Origin: Mytilus edulis | Lineage: Eukaryota | DNA: 64,000 nucleotides | Direction: 5' to 3' | Assembly (NCBI RefSeq): GCF_963676685.1 | Contig: NC_092355.1 | Coordinates: 10,912,001-10,976,000 of the forward strand | In this document: one piece after another, positions 11,830 through 26,200 of the stretch | Layout: every line of letters starts with the position of its first letter | How positions within the stretch are numbered: position 1 is the first letter of the stretch | Position numbers and translations under genes: made by a program | The notes under the pieces: model-generated | The model's database searches: none | The model's input: only the letters and a program-made list of their open reading frames with translations | Told to the model about the DNA's origin: nothing

Positions 11830-13830
11830 TTTTACAAAAATCTTCTCCTCTGAAACTACTGGGCCAAATCAAACCAAACTTGGCCACAATCATCATTGGG
11901 GTATCTAGTTTAAAAAATGTGTGGCGTGACCCGGTCAACCAACCAAGATGGCCGCCACAGCTAAAAATAGAACATAGGGGTAAAATGCAGTTTTTGGCTT
12001 ATAACTCAAAAACCAAAGCATTTAGAGCAAATCTGACATGGGGTAAAAATGTTTAACAGGTCAAGATCTATCTGCCCTGAAATTTTCAGATGAATCGGTC
12101 AATAGGTTGTTGGGTTGCTGCCCCTGAATTGGTAATTTTGAAGAAATTTTGCTGTTTTTGGTTATTATCTTGAATATTATTATAGTTAGAGATAAACTGT
12201 AAACAGCAATAATGTTCAGCAAAGTAAGATCTACAAATAAGTCAACATGACCAAAATGGTCAGTTGACCCGTTTAGGAGTTATTGCCCTTTATAGTCAAT
12301 TTTTAACCATTTTTCGTTAATTAAAGTAATCTTTTACAAAAATCTTCTCCTCTGAAACTACTTGGCCAAATTAATCCAAACTTAGCCACAATCATCTTTG
12401 GGGTATCTAGTTTAAAAAATGTGTGGCGTGACCTGGTCAACAAACCAAGATGGCCGCCAAGGCTAAAAATAGAACAAAGTGGTAAAATGCAGTTTTTGGC
12501 TTATAACTCAAAAACCAAAGCATTTTGAGGAAATCTGACATGGGATAAAAATGTTTATCAGGTCAAGATCTATCTGCCCTAAAATTTTCAGATGAATCGG
12601 TCAATCGGTTGTTGGGTTGCTGCCCCTGAATTGGTAATTTTGAGGAAATTTTGCTGTTTTTGGTTATTATCTTGAATATTATTATAGATAGAGATAAACT
12701 GTAAACAGCAATAATGTTCAGCAAAGTAAGATCTACAAATAAGTCAACATGACCAAAATGGTCAGTTGACCCGTTTAGGAGTTATTGCCCTTTATAGTCA
12801 ATTTTTAACCATTTTTCGTAAATTAAAGTAATCTTTTACAAAAATCTTCTCCTCTGAAACTACTTGGCCAAATTAATCCAAACTTGGCCACAATCATCTT
12901 TGGGGTATCTAGTTTAAAAAATGTGTGGCGTGACCTGGTCAACCAACCAAGATGGCCGCCACCGCTAAAAATAGAACATAGGGGTAAAATGCAGTTTTTG
13001 GCTTATAACTCAAAAACCAAAGCATTTTGAGGAAATCTGACATGGGATAAAAATGTTTATCAGGTCAAGAACTATCTGCCCTGAAATTTTCAGATGAATC
13101 GGTCAATCGGTTGTTGGGTTGCTGCCCCTGAATTGGTTATTTTGAGGAAATTTTGCTGTTTTTGGTTATTATCTTGAATATTATTATAGATAGAGATAAA
13201 TTGTAAACAGCAATAATGTTCAGCAAAGTAAGATCTACAAATAAGTCAACATGACCAAAATGGTCAGTTGACCCCTTTAGGAGTTATTGCCCTTTATAGT
13301 CAATCTTTAACCATTTTTCATAAATCTAAGTAATCTTTTACAAAATCTCCATTGAAACTACTAGGCCACAATCATCTTTGGGGTATCTAGTTTGAAAAAT
13401 GTGTCCGATGACCTGGCCATTCAACCAAGATGGCCGCCACGGCTAAAAATAGAACATAGGGGTAAAATGCAGTTTTTTGCTTATAACTATGAAACCAAAG
13501 CATCTAGAGCAAATCTGACAAGAAGTTAAATTGTTAATCAAGTCAATATCTATCTGCCCTGAATTTTTCAGATGAATTGGACAACTGGTTGTTGGGTTGC
13601 TGCCCTCCAATTGGTAATTTTTAAAGAAATTTTGCGGTTTTTGGTTATCTTGAATACTATTATAGATAGCGATAAACTGTAAACAGCAATAATGTTCAGC
13701 AAAGTAAGATCTACAAATAAGTCAACATGACCTAAATGGTCAATTGACCCCTTAAGGAGTTATTGCCCTTTATAGTCAATTTTTAACAATTTTCATTAAT
13801 TTGGTAAATTTATGTAAATTTTTACCAAAT
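11830..13830 (+). repeat. Four tandem ~502-bp repeats
   Basis: TTTTACAAAA(A)TCT starts at 11830, 12332, 12834 and 13336; the fourth copy is more diverged. Confidence 0.95.
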
Positions 13831-15321
13831 ATAGTTCTCTGTTACTAATGGGCAAAGTTCATGATAGATATAATTGTAAGAAGCAAAATCGTTCAGTAAA
13901 GTAAGAACTTCAAACACATCACCATGACCAAAATACAATTTTGTCATGAATCCATGTGTGTCCTTTGTTTAATATGCACATAGACCAAGGTGAGCGACAC
14001 AGGCTCTTTAGAGCCTCTAGTTTATATATATATATATATATAAAAGTAATTTTTTTATCATCAGTGCAAGCAGTAGCGTTTGTTTGATTTTAAAACACGA
14101 ATCGATCTATACTATTTAAAATTACAATACGCAAGCTGAAACCGTACCAAGTGATTATTATTTTTGCACACGACATATAGGCTGTCGTCCCACCTCTAAC
14201 AGTAGACGGTTCTCTTGGTGGGGATATTGTGCATTCAACCGTGGATATGATAAAATATCTGTAATAAACAAAATTGTAATGTTTTGATTGTGTAATGTCT
14301 TAATTTTTAAGGTTACGCGGGTTCGGTATTAAGCGGGACAATTGGTATGAACACATTTCGATATACGTGTAAATTATATTAAAAGAAGCTTTCAAACGCA
14401 GTTATTTTCGAGGATATTTAAAGATACAAATAAAAAAATCCTTTTTATGTTTTTGAATTAGGCTTTTAATTTCCATTCCTAATTATATATCATTGTAGAA
14501 AAAATTTATTTTATACATTTAAAGTACATGTAATTCTTTATGCTAGCTAGTCCATGAATAAAATTGCATAAATCACAAAAACACATTCGGGAATAGCAAG
14601 AAAGTTTACCAAAAAAGTAGTGGGAACTTTACTGTTTTTTTTATCATATATATTTCTGATAGTTTTCCCGACCTATTCACCTATTTTCAAACTTGAAAAG
14701 GGACCCCTTTCAGCGGCACGAGCCTGGAACATGTACACATGACAGTTGTAAGTAACAGCTATATAAATATACAAGAGAAGATATGGTATGATTGCGAATG
14801 AGACAAATGTCCACAAGAGACCAAAATTACACAGACATTAACAACTATATGTCACCGTACGGCCGTCAACAATGAGCAAAGCACATACCGCATAGTCAGC
14901 TATAAAATGCATTTCAAAGATACTATAATTAGAATAAAAGGTTAACGTACTTACAAAATATGTCATCTTAAAGAATGTGATTTCACAAATAAATTATTTT
15001 CAAATTCGCAGTCCAAGTCAACCTAAAATCGGTTACACACATTTTTAATGTTATAAATCCATTCCAACAATATTATTTTAAACACACACTAGCTTGCCTT
15101 TTCATTAATTTGAATAATACAAATTCAGCTAAATTTTGTTTATTCCCATCAACAGAGAAATCTCACACTCATCCCAGACGTTAATAATACTCATGCACTT
15201 CAATTTTGATAAACAATTTATTGATACGGACGAAAACGCTTTAACATACGGTTACATTAGGGTTAAAAAAAATGTGAACTTGTTTTTAATTGAATTCAAA
15301 GATAGATTAAACGGTAGCTTT

Positions 15322-15576
15322 AGGCATCAACCATTTGATTTTCTGGGGGTGGAAAAGGGGGGGGGGGGGCTATGGTTTTTTTTTGGAAAAAAAAGTTTGT
15401 TTCGAGTTTTGGAAAAAAAAATAATTTGTTTTTGACCCAGAGAAAAATAATGTTTGTTTTACCCTCAGCTGACACTATATGTAATGCTAAATTTGTCGCC
15501 AAAAAAATGTTTGGAAAAAAATCCATAGCCCCCCCCCCCCCCCCCCCCCCCCAAGAAAATCAAATGGTTGCTGCCT
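15322..15576. mobile_element. MITE with ~55-bp TIRs
   Basis: AGGCATCAACCATTTGATTTTCTG(G)n..GCTATGG versus CCATAGC(C)nAAGAAAATCAAATGGTTGCTGCCT; T/A-rich flanks. Confidence 0.8.
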
Positions 15577-15689
15577 TAATAGTGAAATGAACTATTTTTT
15601 TGAAGACTCGCCTAAATGTATGTTGCATAGATGTATTTGACCCCAACAGTTTTATTTAGTTCATGCTGTAAATTATATTTATAAAACCA

Positions 15690-16275
15690 TTTATTTGTAA
15701 ATACCGCATAAATCAGTCTGTTCACTGTTTGAATAAAGAAACTTGTCGATTTTATAATATTGAGAGATATCCGAGATTTTGTAATATGGTGTGATAAACA
15801 AGTAATTGAAGATGAATATCATTTTATTTTAGTATGTGAAAAGTATAATGAACTTCGAAAGAAATTTATCAAACCATATTGTTGGAGAAAACCGTCGAAT
15901 CTTAAACTTTTTAGACGATCAATGCATTTGAAAGGGGGCATATATATACAGTTGGAACTCGCCCCTTTTTTTATGCTCGGTTGGGACCCCCTTTTAAAGT
16001 GGTTGGGTTCTCACCAGTATCTGTTCATAATGTAAAGGAACTAACCAATTAAAGGGAAGTTTTTATTTCTGACTGAGAAGGTACGAAATTAAATTCATTC
16101 ATTAATGCTAAAAATCCATTTGATCCTATTCTGCTGTACTGTTATAATGGTATACCTACTTATATGATTATTTGACTAATTGTTTAAATGTAAATATGTT
16201 TCACTGATGTAATTGAATATTTGTAATAATTATTTTCTGTAAGTTGTATTGCTTACGAATAAAAGATTATATTAT
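15690..16275 (+). mobile_element. Degenerate 3' fragment of a LINE related to the 4645 element, interrupted by a small insertion (~15920-16015)
   Basis: Translates CDKQVIEDEYHFILVCEKYNELRKKFIKPYCWRKPS, matching CINDIEDEFHFILKCPRFQGFRTIYIKPFYWKKPS; AATAAA-type tail near 16258. Confidence 0.85.
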
Positions 16276-19200
16276 TAATAAAATAAATATTATAACTTTC
16301 CTTTTTTGATTGGATGACCATGCAGTGGTGTTGCAACGCCAAGGAACTGGTAATAGAAAGCTATTTTGATTTGATACATATGACAATGAATCTTAACAAA
16401 AGGTTCTATAAATTCAATTGTGAAAAAAATCACAATACCGTGCATTAACTCAACAACCGTCCATCGACAAATATTACTCGATATTCATTGAAATGATAAC
16501 AAGTAAACAGTTATTGTAAAAGCAGAGCAGTCTTAAATTCTAATAGTTTTGTCAAAAATGATTCACAGTTTTACCGATGCAACGATATTTTATATATTTT
16601 GAGTTGAAATGGCCTAGCGGTAGTCTGATCACTTCGAATGCAACACGCTTAATCTTTGCTGGGCATTCGTAAAGTTTTTAAACTAAAATAAGATCTTTAT
16701 TATTAGTTATCAAAACATATGTTATATGTAAGCTATCTATTATAAATCTACGAGGAGTTTCAAGAAAAATGGGGGGGGGGGGGGGGCATTGAAGTCTAAC
16801 TTTATATATATAAAAAAAATAAAAAAAAGATCGAGATGTGGTATTGATTGCCAATGAGACAACTCTCCAAAAGCATGAAAAGAGATTAACGTCATAAAGT
16901 TATAACTAACTAACCCCTTTCAAGACAGACGTTGTCATTTCTGCGGCTCAAGAGATATCTGTGACGAATATCATTATAATTATCATGACATGTTAAGTGT
17001 TGGATGTAGCTACAGATAGACAGACATTTTATACTGGAATATTGCTGCAAATTTTATATCAAAGGAATCGCTTTCACATTCTATACTATTATGTACTATA
17101 TTAATACACACTTAATCATGTTTTTTAAAGTTCAGACTCTGAATTGAGACAGCACTATCGGTCATCTTACATAAAATTAATCTAAATTTCTACAAATGTT
17201 ACAGGTAAATCGGTCCTGCAAGCTACATGCAAGTTAAATCAAGGTTTTTTTTCAACCAATGTGCATGGTATTAATAGTTGTAAATATATATTTTCTCTGT
17301 TACTATGAAATGTAGTTTTAAGGTAATAAAGTTCATTCGTTCATTAAAGTATTCTTTTTTAGATACTGATCTGTCTTATAAATATTTTAAATTCTAATTC
17401 TAAACACAAGGACACCAGTATGGGTTAAGCCAGAGAGCTTCCGAAAAGGGGAAATCCCACCTATGTTTACCTAACAAATACACTCATTTCTGCTCAAAAT
17501 ATCAAAAAGAAATTTTACAGAAATTCTCTTAGATGACCTTACATTCACATTATAGCAAAAAAATGGGGAAAAATTCAAAGGAAAGGCAAAAAAAAATTTA
17601 AGAAAAAATATACTGAAATTAAAGGGAACTATATTTGTGAACGAAAATTGACAACGAAAATTGAAGGGGGATAATTGTGTTCCCGGACCAGTACTAACAA
17701 CACAATTCATAAACAAAAATAAGACAAGTTGCTTTCTTTAAAAAAAGAAATGCAATCGTAAACCCAAATGCTTGTTTGGCATTATATATATATTAGATAA
17801 TAGTTTAATAAAGATGTATTGTCTTATATTACTTTTGTTGTGCATAAGAATTAGAAACTGACATTGCCTGTTTAGTGGTTTAAATAATGTAATACCGGCT
17901 TCACACATCAACGTATAGATCCGACGTACGTCGGCCGAGGTAAAAAAAATCATGCACGCTACCAAAATGCTAGTAATTTTGATGCATTCAACCTGTCAAT
18001 CATATCTGTATCGTGTGCACAACGAGCTTAAAGCGTGTATTGGGTGTGCGTAAAGCGTACCTTAGCGTTTCTCCTGGTCTTCCTACATTCCCAACTGCAG
18101 GTCTGTCTATATGTGAATGTTTGTCAATAAGTCTGTCACATTCGCCCGTCTGTTTACATGTTTACCAGTCCGTCTATGTCCACTGGTTCGTCTACATGTT
18201 CACTAGCTTTGAAATAGCTTTCGGTAATTATAAAGAGATAGATTATTTAAATTCCAACGATCACAAATCTAATCTAAATCCGATTTCAATTATTTCGTAA
18301 AATACGTTTTTTGACAGACATTACCTTTATCTGATTATCATAATATTCCCAGTTTAAGGAAAAGAAAAGACATTTTTTCTATATATTTTTTTACAAAGTT
18401 GCTAATGGTTTAATTATGTCGTAATTTGCTAGGTCAGTGTCGGATTCCGGGCGACATAGCGTACACTTTCCTTTTAATTTTTAGCGTTATTAATATCGTA
18501 ATTTTTGTATCCTTGCTATCCTTGCTAAATCTTCTACTGTATATCACAGCTAGTGAATAAGTCTAAATGTCCGTACAGTGTATAGTAAGATCTTTTTTCC
18601 ACACATGGACATTTCATTAGTATAGAAAGTTCGCTATAGTGTTCCATCATGGTCTTAGTGCAGTTTCGAGAGCTTATAGTGCACCGAGGCGGCCTAGGTT
18701 ATTTTTAGACGCACCGTAAAGTCCCAGTCACACCATTGCAACAACGTCCTGTTTTGATAAATTTGTTAAAATGCTGGGACCATGATACTAATAGTATAAT
18801 ATTTCCCTTTTAAATAGTAATTGTTATGAATGATAATATTTTATATGTATGCTGTCTTAGTTTTTAAATAGTTATTTGGTTAATATGGTGTCTCGTAAGT
18901 CATTTTTGGACAGGATATTTTTGTTTTATAGTGTCACGATGTATATTCTGCACGAATAATTTTTATCGCTATCATTATAAAAAACTAGACTATGTGAACC
19001 CTAGTGTGAACCGTATGAGATCGCACACAAGACGGCTGATTGGATAAATGGGATGAATTGTTACGCCTACATAAAACTGATATCCAATCGAATGCCAGCA
19101 GACACCTGTCAGTAAAAACAAATTGTAAGCGTGGATGGTTAGAGATTTATTTATGTATTCGATATTTGAAAAATAAGTTAGATAGTCACTATTCGTTTTC

Positions 19201-22200
19201 CCTTTTTTCAGCCGGATTTCAATAACTGTTTTTACACTTTCTTATGATTAACAGAAAGGTATTTAAATAGAAGCGCACCACATGTAACAGAGATTTACAA
19301 GCATTTAATATAGCGACTTGTGTTTTCCGGAACGTCCTATTTTCAATTATTCACAGACTTTTGCAATATTATTAAACCTTTATTTTTTACCTTCAAAAAC
19401 TGCTCAAACTTGTATTCTCAGACTAGACAGCATGAAAGACATAAACACTTTTATAAGTCAGTGTACACACGGTGTTTTCCAAACTTGGTAATTTCTTCGC
19501 CCAGGGATATGAATTTGACATTAAAAGTCCCTCAAAGCTTTACAATACCCGGTCGTGTCATTTCCGTATATTGTAGATGGAACGAGTGATATACATACAC
19601 CAGACATACATGTTCCGTTACAGGTAAATTTTACCTTTTTGGAGGACTCCTAAGTGGGGATGCGTTGCATGTGTGCTAATCTAAAAAAAATCAAATCTTT
19701 TATTTTTCTAAACTGCGTTACATGCAAATGCGAAATAATTGGTGTTGTTTGTTCAGTCCAATTTATTTATAAATATTAATTTATTCTTTTGAATAAAAAA
19801 AAACTACGCATGTAAACTTCAATGAATACAATAGTATTTAATACTAGTAGCCTAAATGTAAAACAATTGCAGCAAGATTTGAGGTTGAAGCGGCTCGATC
19901 AAAACGTGAATAGATGAGAAATTGTCATCATTCTTCTAATTAATTACAAAGTATTTTGTGAGAACAAATACTTATATTTTAGTGATGGTGATTCATTGTT
20001 GTTTGCCTCAGTCACCTCCAGTGGCAAATATTTCATTCGTGTTCATAACGAGAAGCACTTCAAATAGTCGTTCGACAATAAGATTAAAAGTAAACTTGAA
20101 ATACCACTGAATAATGAGAGAAGATTTAATAAGGATAGAAATTTAGCCTTGCAACAGCTCGCTACAATGGGACCACTAACATCATTGAGGAAGAGTTTTC
20201 AATTTGCAGAGAGCGATGGTCCTCTCAATCTACTCTGATGTCGGCCATCTCTATTCATACGTGTAGATACCAACATCACATAACGGTATCTAATTTAGAT
20301 AAGATCATGACTTTAAAATCGCATTAGTAACGGTGATAATTCTGTTAAACTGTATTGTTTATTATGCTCGAGTTTTTGGTATGACTATGCGACCTCTCTC
20401 CTGGTTGGTCTCGTGAGAATAAGTTCACCTCGACAGCGAGAGGACTTTAGTCCGAATCCCAAACGGGTCTAACAAAGAGTTTTTTTCTTTCTTTCGAACT
20501 GTTAGCTTGTGAACTTACACGTTAAAAATCCATCTCAGTGTGTCGGTCTAGTACAAAGCAGGCTTAATTTTCATATTATATTTCCATATTATAGTTTTGT
20601 CCTTAATCTACTGATTTATATCACACCTGCTATAATTTTCAACGATCGAAATAAAAAAATAAAAATAAAATGGTACGTGAAATATTTCTACGGAACACTT
20701 GCATTTTTGTCTAAAAAAAATCACTGCTCCCGTATTATTTAGTCTTGTTGCGGTTTAGGCTTTTTATTCTGTATAGGTTTCTTTCTATAACAAAAATCTG
20801 TGTGTTGACTCTTAATGTTTTGATTGATATGTGTCGTTGGGTTGATGTCGTATTAATGTATACCTTTAAAATTGTTTTCAAAACCAAATGATGGATTGGG
20901 TATAGAAATATTCACATCTCCCGTTCAATAGTATATCTTTGCTAAAATTGGGTGCGGACGTTTGGTTGTTCGGTTGTATAAATAAGCAGCCGCATTTGGT
21001 CGAAAAAAAAAGTCTATGCATGGTGTAGTGAGAGTTTCGCGCTATCTATACGTTAAAAAAAATTGAATAAATCGTTGAAGGGATATACGAACTTTGATTG
21101 AAATTTCTAAAAAACGAAAAAGGTCACCTGAATCTCCAAGTAAGCCAGTCGCATGGTTGAATTTAACACTTTAGAAGAAACGAAACGGCCAAAATAAGTT
21201 TAGTCTTATTATAAATTGTTGCCAACTTTTTCGTCCGTGTTTGCTTTTATGACAACTTTACCAGATATATATATATAAAAATTTGACAGTAATTGATTCA
21301 CCAAAACGAGCTCAACTACATGTCGTTGTTTTACGCTTCAACATAAATGCATATGTATGTATACAATGGAGACTGTTTTCTGTTCTACTGCCCTTGTCCT
21401 AGATTGGCTGTATACAATCTAACCCCTGACATGGACTACTTTATTAAATGTTTACAAACAAATAAATGCAAAGAGAAAGATTCGGAAAGAAATTCTAAAA
21501 TTTACGCTAAAAAATAAAATACACAAAAATGGAAACAGTTTTAGACAATTATCATTTGAGAACTATATATAATTAGCATGCATCACTAAATGAAACTGAT
21601 AAATTGATTGCTCCCTTAATGTCCAGTGGCAAATATATCACGCATATTCATGACGAGATGCGAAATGGATCAACCTGAAGCAAATGATTGATACATCACC
21701 AAGACAGAGAGTTCGCTGAGGTAAAACGTATGCCGTACTAGAATGCTGTATGGATTTTGCTCATTGTTAAAGGCCGTACAGTGACCTTTGAACGACTTTG
21801 ACCCTACCCCTGCAGAGCTATAGAAAAACAGTACATTAAGGGGTGTTACACAGACTCTTTTTCGATGATACACAGACTCTTTTTAATTGTTACACCGACA
21901 CTTTTTATGAATAGAATCACTCATGCATGATCAGTGAGTTCATGGGCACTTTACTTTTCAATTAGATTTGAACTTTTTGGTTCACCGACTTATTTCCTGT
22001 CTTTTTATTGGATAAAATATTTACATTAGCATCAATATCTATTTTCCGAAACATTTCCAGTAAAATACTATTCATATCAGTACACCAAGGGATTAGACAT
22101 TTAACTTCAAGGGAGGGGGGAGGGTATGGTATAATAAATCAAATTGTCATCACTGTTGGGTTTCTCGTCTGAATATTTTACATTAACTGTGTCAGATGCC

Positions 22201-22356
22201 TCATTACAGGCTGAACCTTTTATAGGGTGCTCATTATAAAGTTTTAGTTTTTGGTCATTGTTGAAGGGTGTGCAGTGACCTATTATATAGTGACTAACAA
22301 GTAAATCACTTGGTCTACATGATTTAAATGGTTGATACTCGTCTCACCATATCTCC

Positions 22357-22455
22357 TTAGGCCAAAATAAAAATTGTTTGTTTCCCCTCCCCAGACCCAG
22401 GTAAAAAATAAGCCCCCTGGGATGGGAAACAGACATTCTTTTAAATGTGGCCTAA
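22357..22455. mobile_element. Small degenerate MITE
   Basis: TTAGGCCA...TGTTTGTTTCCC versus GGGAAACAGACA...TGGCCTAA inverted ends. Confidence 0.5.
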
Positions 22456-22982
22456 TTCATGATCTTTTTATTGAAATTCTGTAATAAGAAGATTTTACTA
22501 GTCTATAAGTATCACATAAACTTTACATTATCAATAATCCATTAAAATGAAGTCCAGTCAAAATAACCATGCCAGACAGATATATGACAGATAATTTCAT
22601 GAATTACATGAATTTTTGAATTTCACAGTTCTTCCATACCCCAAATTTATGGTTAAACGTTTATAGTAACCATAGAAACAGAGAAAAAGACTAAACATAA
22701 AAACCATGAAAATGGTGTCATTGTCAGATGAAATAAGCCATTCAAAAATGTCAAACATGTACAACTTACATTTATTCCATAATTATGCCAAAAGTAGTGA
22801 TCCTATACATGTACAATGTAGCTTATAGCTTATGAGAAACATTGATGACCTTCGGCTATTGTCTGCTCTGAAGTTGGGTTGTTGTCTTTTTTGGCACATT
22901 CCCCATTTCCAGTGTCAATTTTATTAGGAAGTATAAACTGAGAAACAAACCTAACCATGTTAACATTGTATCAAACTGAAAT

Positions 22983-23292
22983 AAGGGTTGAGATCTCACA
23001 AACATGTTTAACCCCGCCGCATTTTTGCGCCTGTCCCAAGTCAGGAGCCTCTGGCCTTTGTTGGTCTTGTATTATTTTAATTTTAGTTTCTTGTGTACAA
23101 TTTGGAAATTAGTATGGCGTTCATTATCACTGGACTAGTATATATTTGTTAAGAGGCCAGCTGAAGGACGCCTCCGGGTGCGGGAATTTCTCGCTACATT
23201 GAAGACCTGTTGGTGACCCTCTGCTGTTGTTTTTTATTTGGTCGGGTTGTTGTCTCTTTGACACATTCCCCATTTCCATTCTCAATTTTATT
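22983..23292. repeat. Dispersed repeat copy (non-autonomous element)
   Basis: The end CACATTCCCCATTTCCATTCTCAATTTTA recurs at ~22895 and inverted at ~44265; the start recurs inverted at ~43100-43170. Confidence 0.7.
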
Positions 23293-26200
23293 AATCACTT
23301 AAATTATCCATGAAGGTCAAGGTCAGGTCAACCCAACCTGATAGACAAGTAGATCTTTCAAGATACTCATATACAATAAAATGTATCCAATTACATATAT
23401 AAAATATATACAGTATAAGAGAGCATTTCATTGATTAAGTAACAGTATATTTTACATGCAGTCATTGAACCATGAAAATGGGGTCAGGTGCAATGTACAT
23501 ATAATGGCAAACTGAAAGATCATAACATATTAATTAGCTACTAGCATCTGAATACAAGACAAGAAACATCCAGCTCTTTTAGCTTTTAAAATGTAAAGCT
23601 CTATAAAATAGCTTACATCATCACCCCAAGACTGTAATACAAATTTCTTGTATACAACCAACTTTCATGACTTTTGTGTAAGGCGAGACAAAATAAAATG
23701 ATACTTTGAAGTACATGTATTGTTTAATATGTTTGACTACTATTATAAAATGCCAGTTTCAGAATGAACAGTAATTTAGAAGATTATTAAAATACATGTA
23801 GATACATTCAGACTATTATAACTATACAGCAAGCTGTCATTCGACTCTAACCAACAACCATGCCAGGGCTGTAAAGCTTGTCTAGGTTGGTAAAAACTTC
23901 CATCATCATGCATATATATGACACTAACCAATAGTGATGGACCGTGACAGACCCTCATGGAAAGTAAAGGAGGTTTAACACTTCCTGGTGGTACATGTAG
24001 CCAACAATAGCAATGGCAGCATAGAAACTCTTATTATATCCAAATTCTTATTTCAAATGAATAATTATCCAAGGTGAATCAGATGATGTATGATCATGAT
24101 GCTGCACTTTTAGTATTGACAATGATTGATATATATTCACTGAAACTAGAAATTTCCATTATTCCAATTTTCTATTCTTAATGATATAACTATCCAAGAT
24201 AATCATGGAATTAAGATATGATGCACTACTAATATTCCTAGAAAACTTTAAATTCTCTTTATTTCAAATTGTTAATATTACTTATTTCAAATATATATAT
24301 ATATATATATATCAAAGGTATGCTCTGTCACCAAGTAATGTAGTACATTGTATTTCCTACATTTTTTCTATGAATTGTAAGTTTGCTATTTGTTCAATTC
24401 ACAATTCTCTTTTTGTCCAATCAGATCATCCCATCAACTGTACATCATGACATAATGCTGTTAGCTCTATCAACGTTATTTCCAAACCAATAAGTAACAC
24501 AAAATTATGAATGAATCCACCATTTCACAATTTATAGCTACAGGTACAAATGAGGTACCATATGAGAGTAACTTAGTGACACTATATATTTCCTATATAT
24601 ACATTGATATACATGATATATGCCGCTTCATAATCTGGCTGGGAATCATGCTCAAACCAATGTGATATCTTATCTACAAAAAAAATATACATTAAGAATA
24701 AAGTATTTATTATATATAAACTTGTATTTATCTACAAGAAAAACTAGCAATCATAAGTTGCTTGACAACAAAGTTTAATGATGTAAAGAAATGAATTTAT
24801 GACTTATACAATTTAATTGATAAGTCCCTTATGAGAAGAAGAATAAAACCCTTTTTTGAGGTTCTATTTCTAAAACAAAATGTTCTCTCTTTCTACATCA
24901 ATGTTTTCTTAGGTGTATACTTCATTGAAGGGTTACTGTCTAATAGAGGCTATAGCACTATACTTGTTGTGATCAATTTATAATACTTTTTTATTTTGAA
25001 ATAGAATTTGTTGAATATTACTACCAACGTGACATGGTGACAAAGCAAATAGTATTTATAAGATTCTTCTTCTTCTTCTTTATAATCCATCAACATACTG
25101 ATGATAACGTGTCGGGCACTTATTTAACTATGCCGTGCATGCGTGGGATCTAATTTTTATTTAGTCATGACAGTCATGACAGTGAATAATATACAAAAGA
25201 TAAAAATAAAAATTTCAACATAATTTCTTTTTCTTGTTATAACATATATTTAAGTTCTACAAAATTAAGAGCATAACAAATCATTTATAACAAAATAATG
25301 AATCATACCCGGTAAAATCTTAAATTTCTTATCACAAAAGATGAAAAGTGTTAAAAATTGTTGTTAAGGACGCAATGCCGTCTCATCATTTGGAATCAGG
25401 CATGTCAGGGCACAATATCAATAAACTCTTTTTTTTGCCCCGGGCAATTTTGAGGTTATTGCATATATACAAACCCAAGCCTTGAACATGTTGAAGGTAT
25501 TCATAACACATATGTGACAAATTATAATTATTGTACATCACCCACCAGTGGCTATATAAATAGGTATATCATCGTCGTAACTAGTCCGAGATTACTCTGA
25601 CGTCCAAACGTAACTAGTCCGAGATTACTCTGATGTCCAGCTTGTCTCGGACTACATCGTAACATGTGAAGATTGGTTGGTTATTGGTTAATAAAAAAAA
25701 GTGACCAATATTTCATGCAAATTTAGGACGTGACAGTTATCAATACATTAACATACAATATGTAGGATTACTCGATCAGGGGTTTAGGTCTTGTAACTGT
25801 TGTATAGCCTATAGGCCATCCCGCACAACCATACCATTGTGAATACCCCACATGTCAATGCATGTTAGGCAATAAACAGGGGTGGATCCAGCCATTTTTA
25901 AAAGGGGGTTTAAACCATACTTGTTTATATGTAACTTTTTAAATCATGCATTGATCTTTCAAAAAACATGAAAAAGGGGGGGGGGGGGGTCCAATCACAG
26001 GAACAATTTTTTAACAAGCCCAAATTCTTACTTTGCCTTTGAACAGGCTACTATCCAAGAGTGTGGAGTATTGGAACGTCGATTCATACCTGTATGCACA
26101 AATTTAACAAATGTGAACATTTTTCCTTCAAACTCTTGCCGTCTTGGGTGATGATCCATGATCAATGATTATTCTGATAGACATGTATTAAAATATTCAT

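Larger units (their letters stand above)
11697..14022 (+). mobile_element. Helentron-associated non-autonomous element (HINE/DINE-1/pearl type) carrying a satellite array
   Basis: 5' TTTTTAGCTCACCT...GTGAGCT hairpin, (CGT)n/CCGT microsatellite, internal tandem array, 3' subterminal inverted repeat AGGTGAGC, palindrome AGGCTC-TTTA-GAGCCT and CTAGTT end; inserted in a T run. Confidence 0.85.

Noticed and set aside
11830-13830. Tandem array as CRISPR or a coding repeat
   Set aside because: 502-bp units with no spacers, no cas genes and no ORF; eukaryotic HINE context.
15136-15590. Overlapping Gly/Pro/Lys-rich ORFs
   Set aside because: Produced by G/C/A/T homopolymers of a MITE.
17196-17204. 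ATG TTA CAG|GTAAAT as a phase-0 first exon for the GPCR
   Set aside because: It lies inside the CACTA cargo that inserted late, has no paralog support, and 9-nt matches are expected by chance.
19577-19623. ATG...TACAG|GTAAAT exon-like segment
   Set aside because: Phase 2, so it would hit TAA immediately if joined to 48421; also inside the CACTA.
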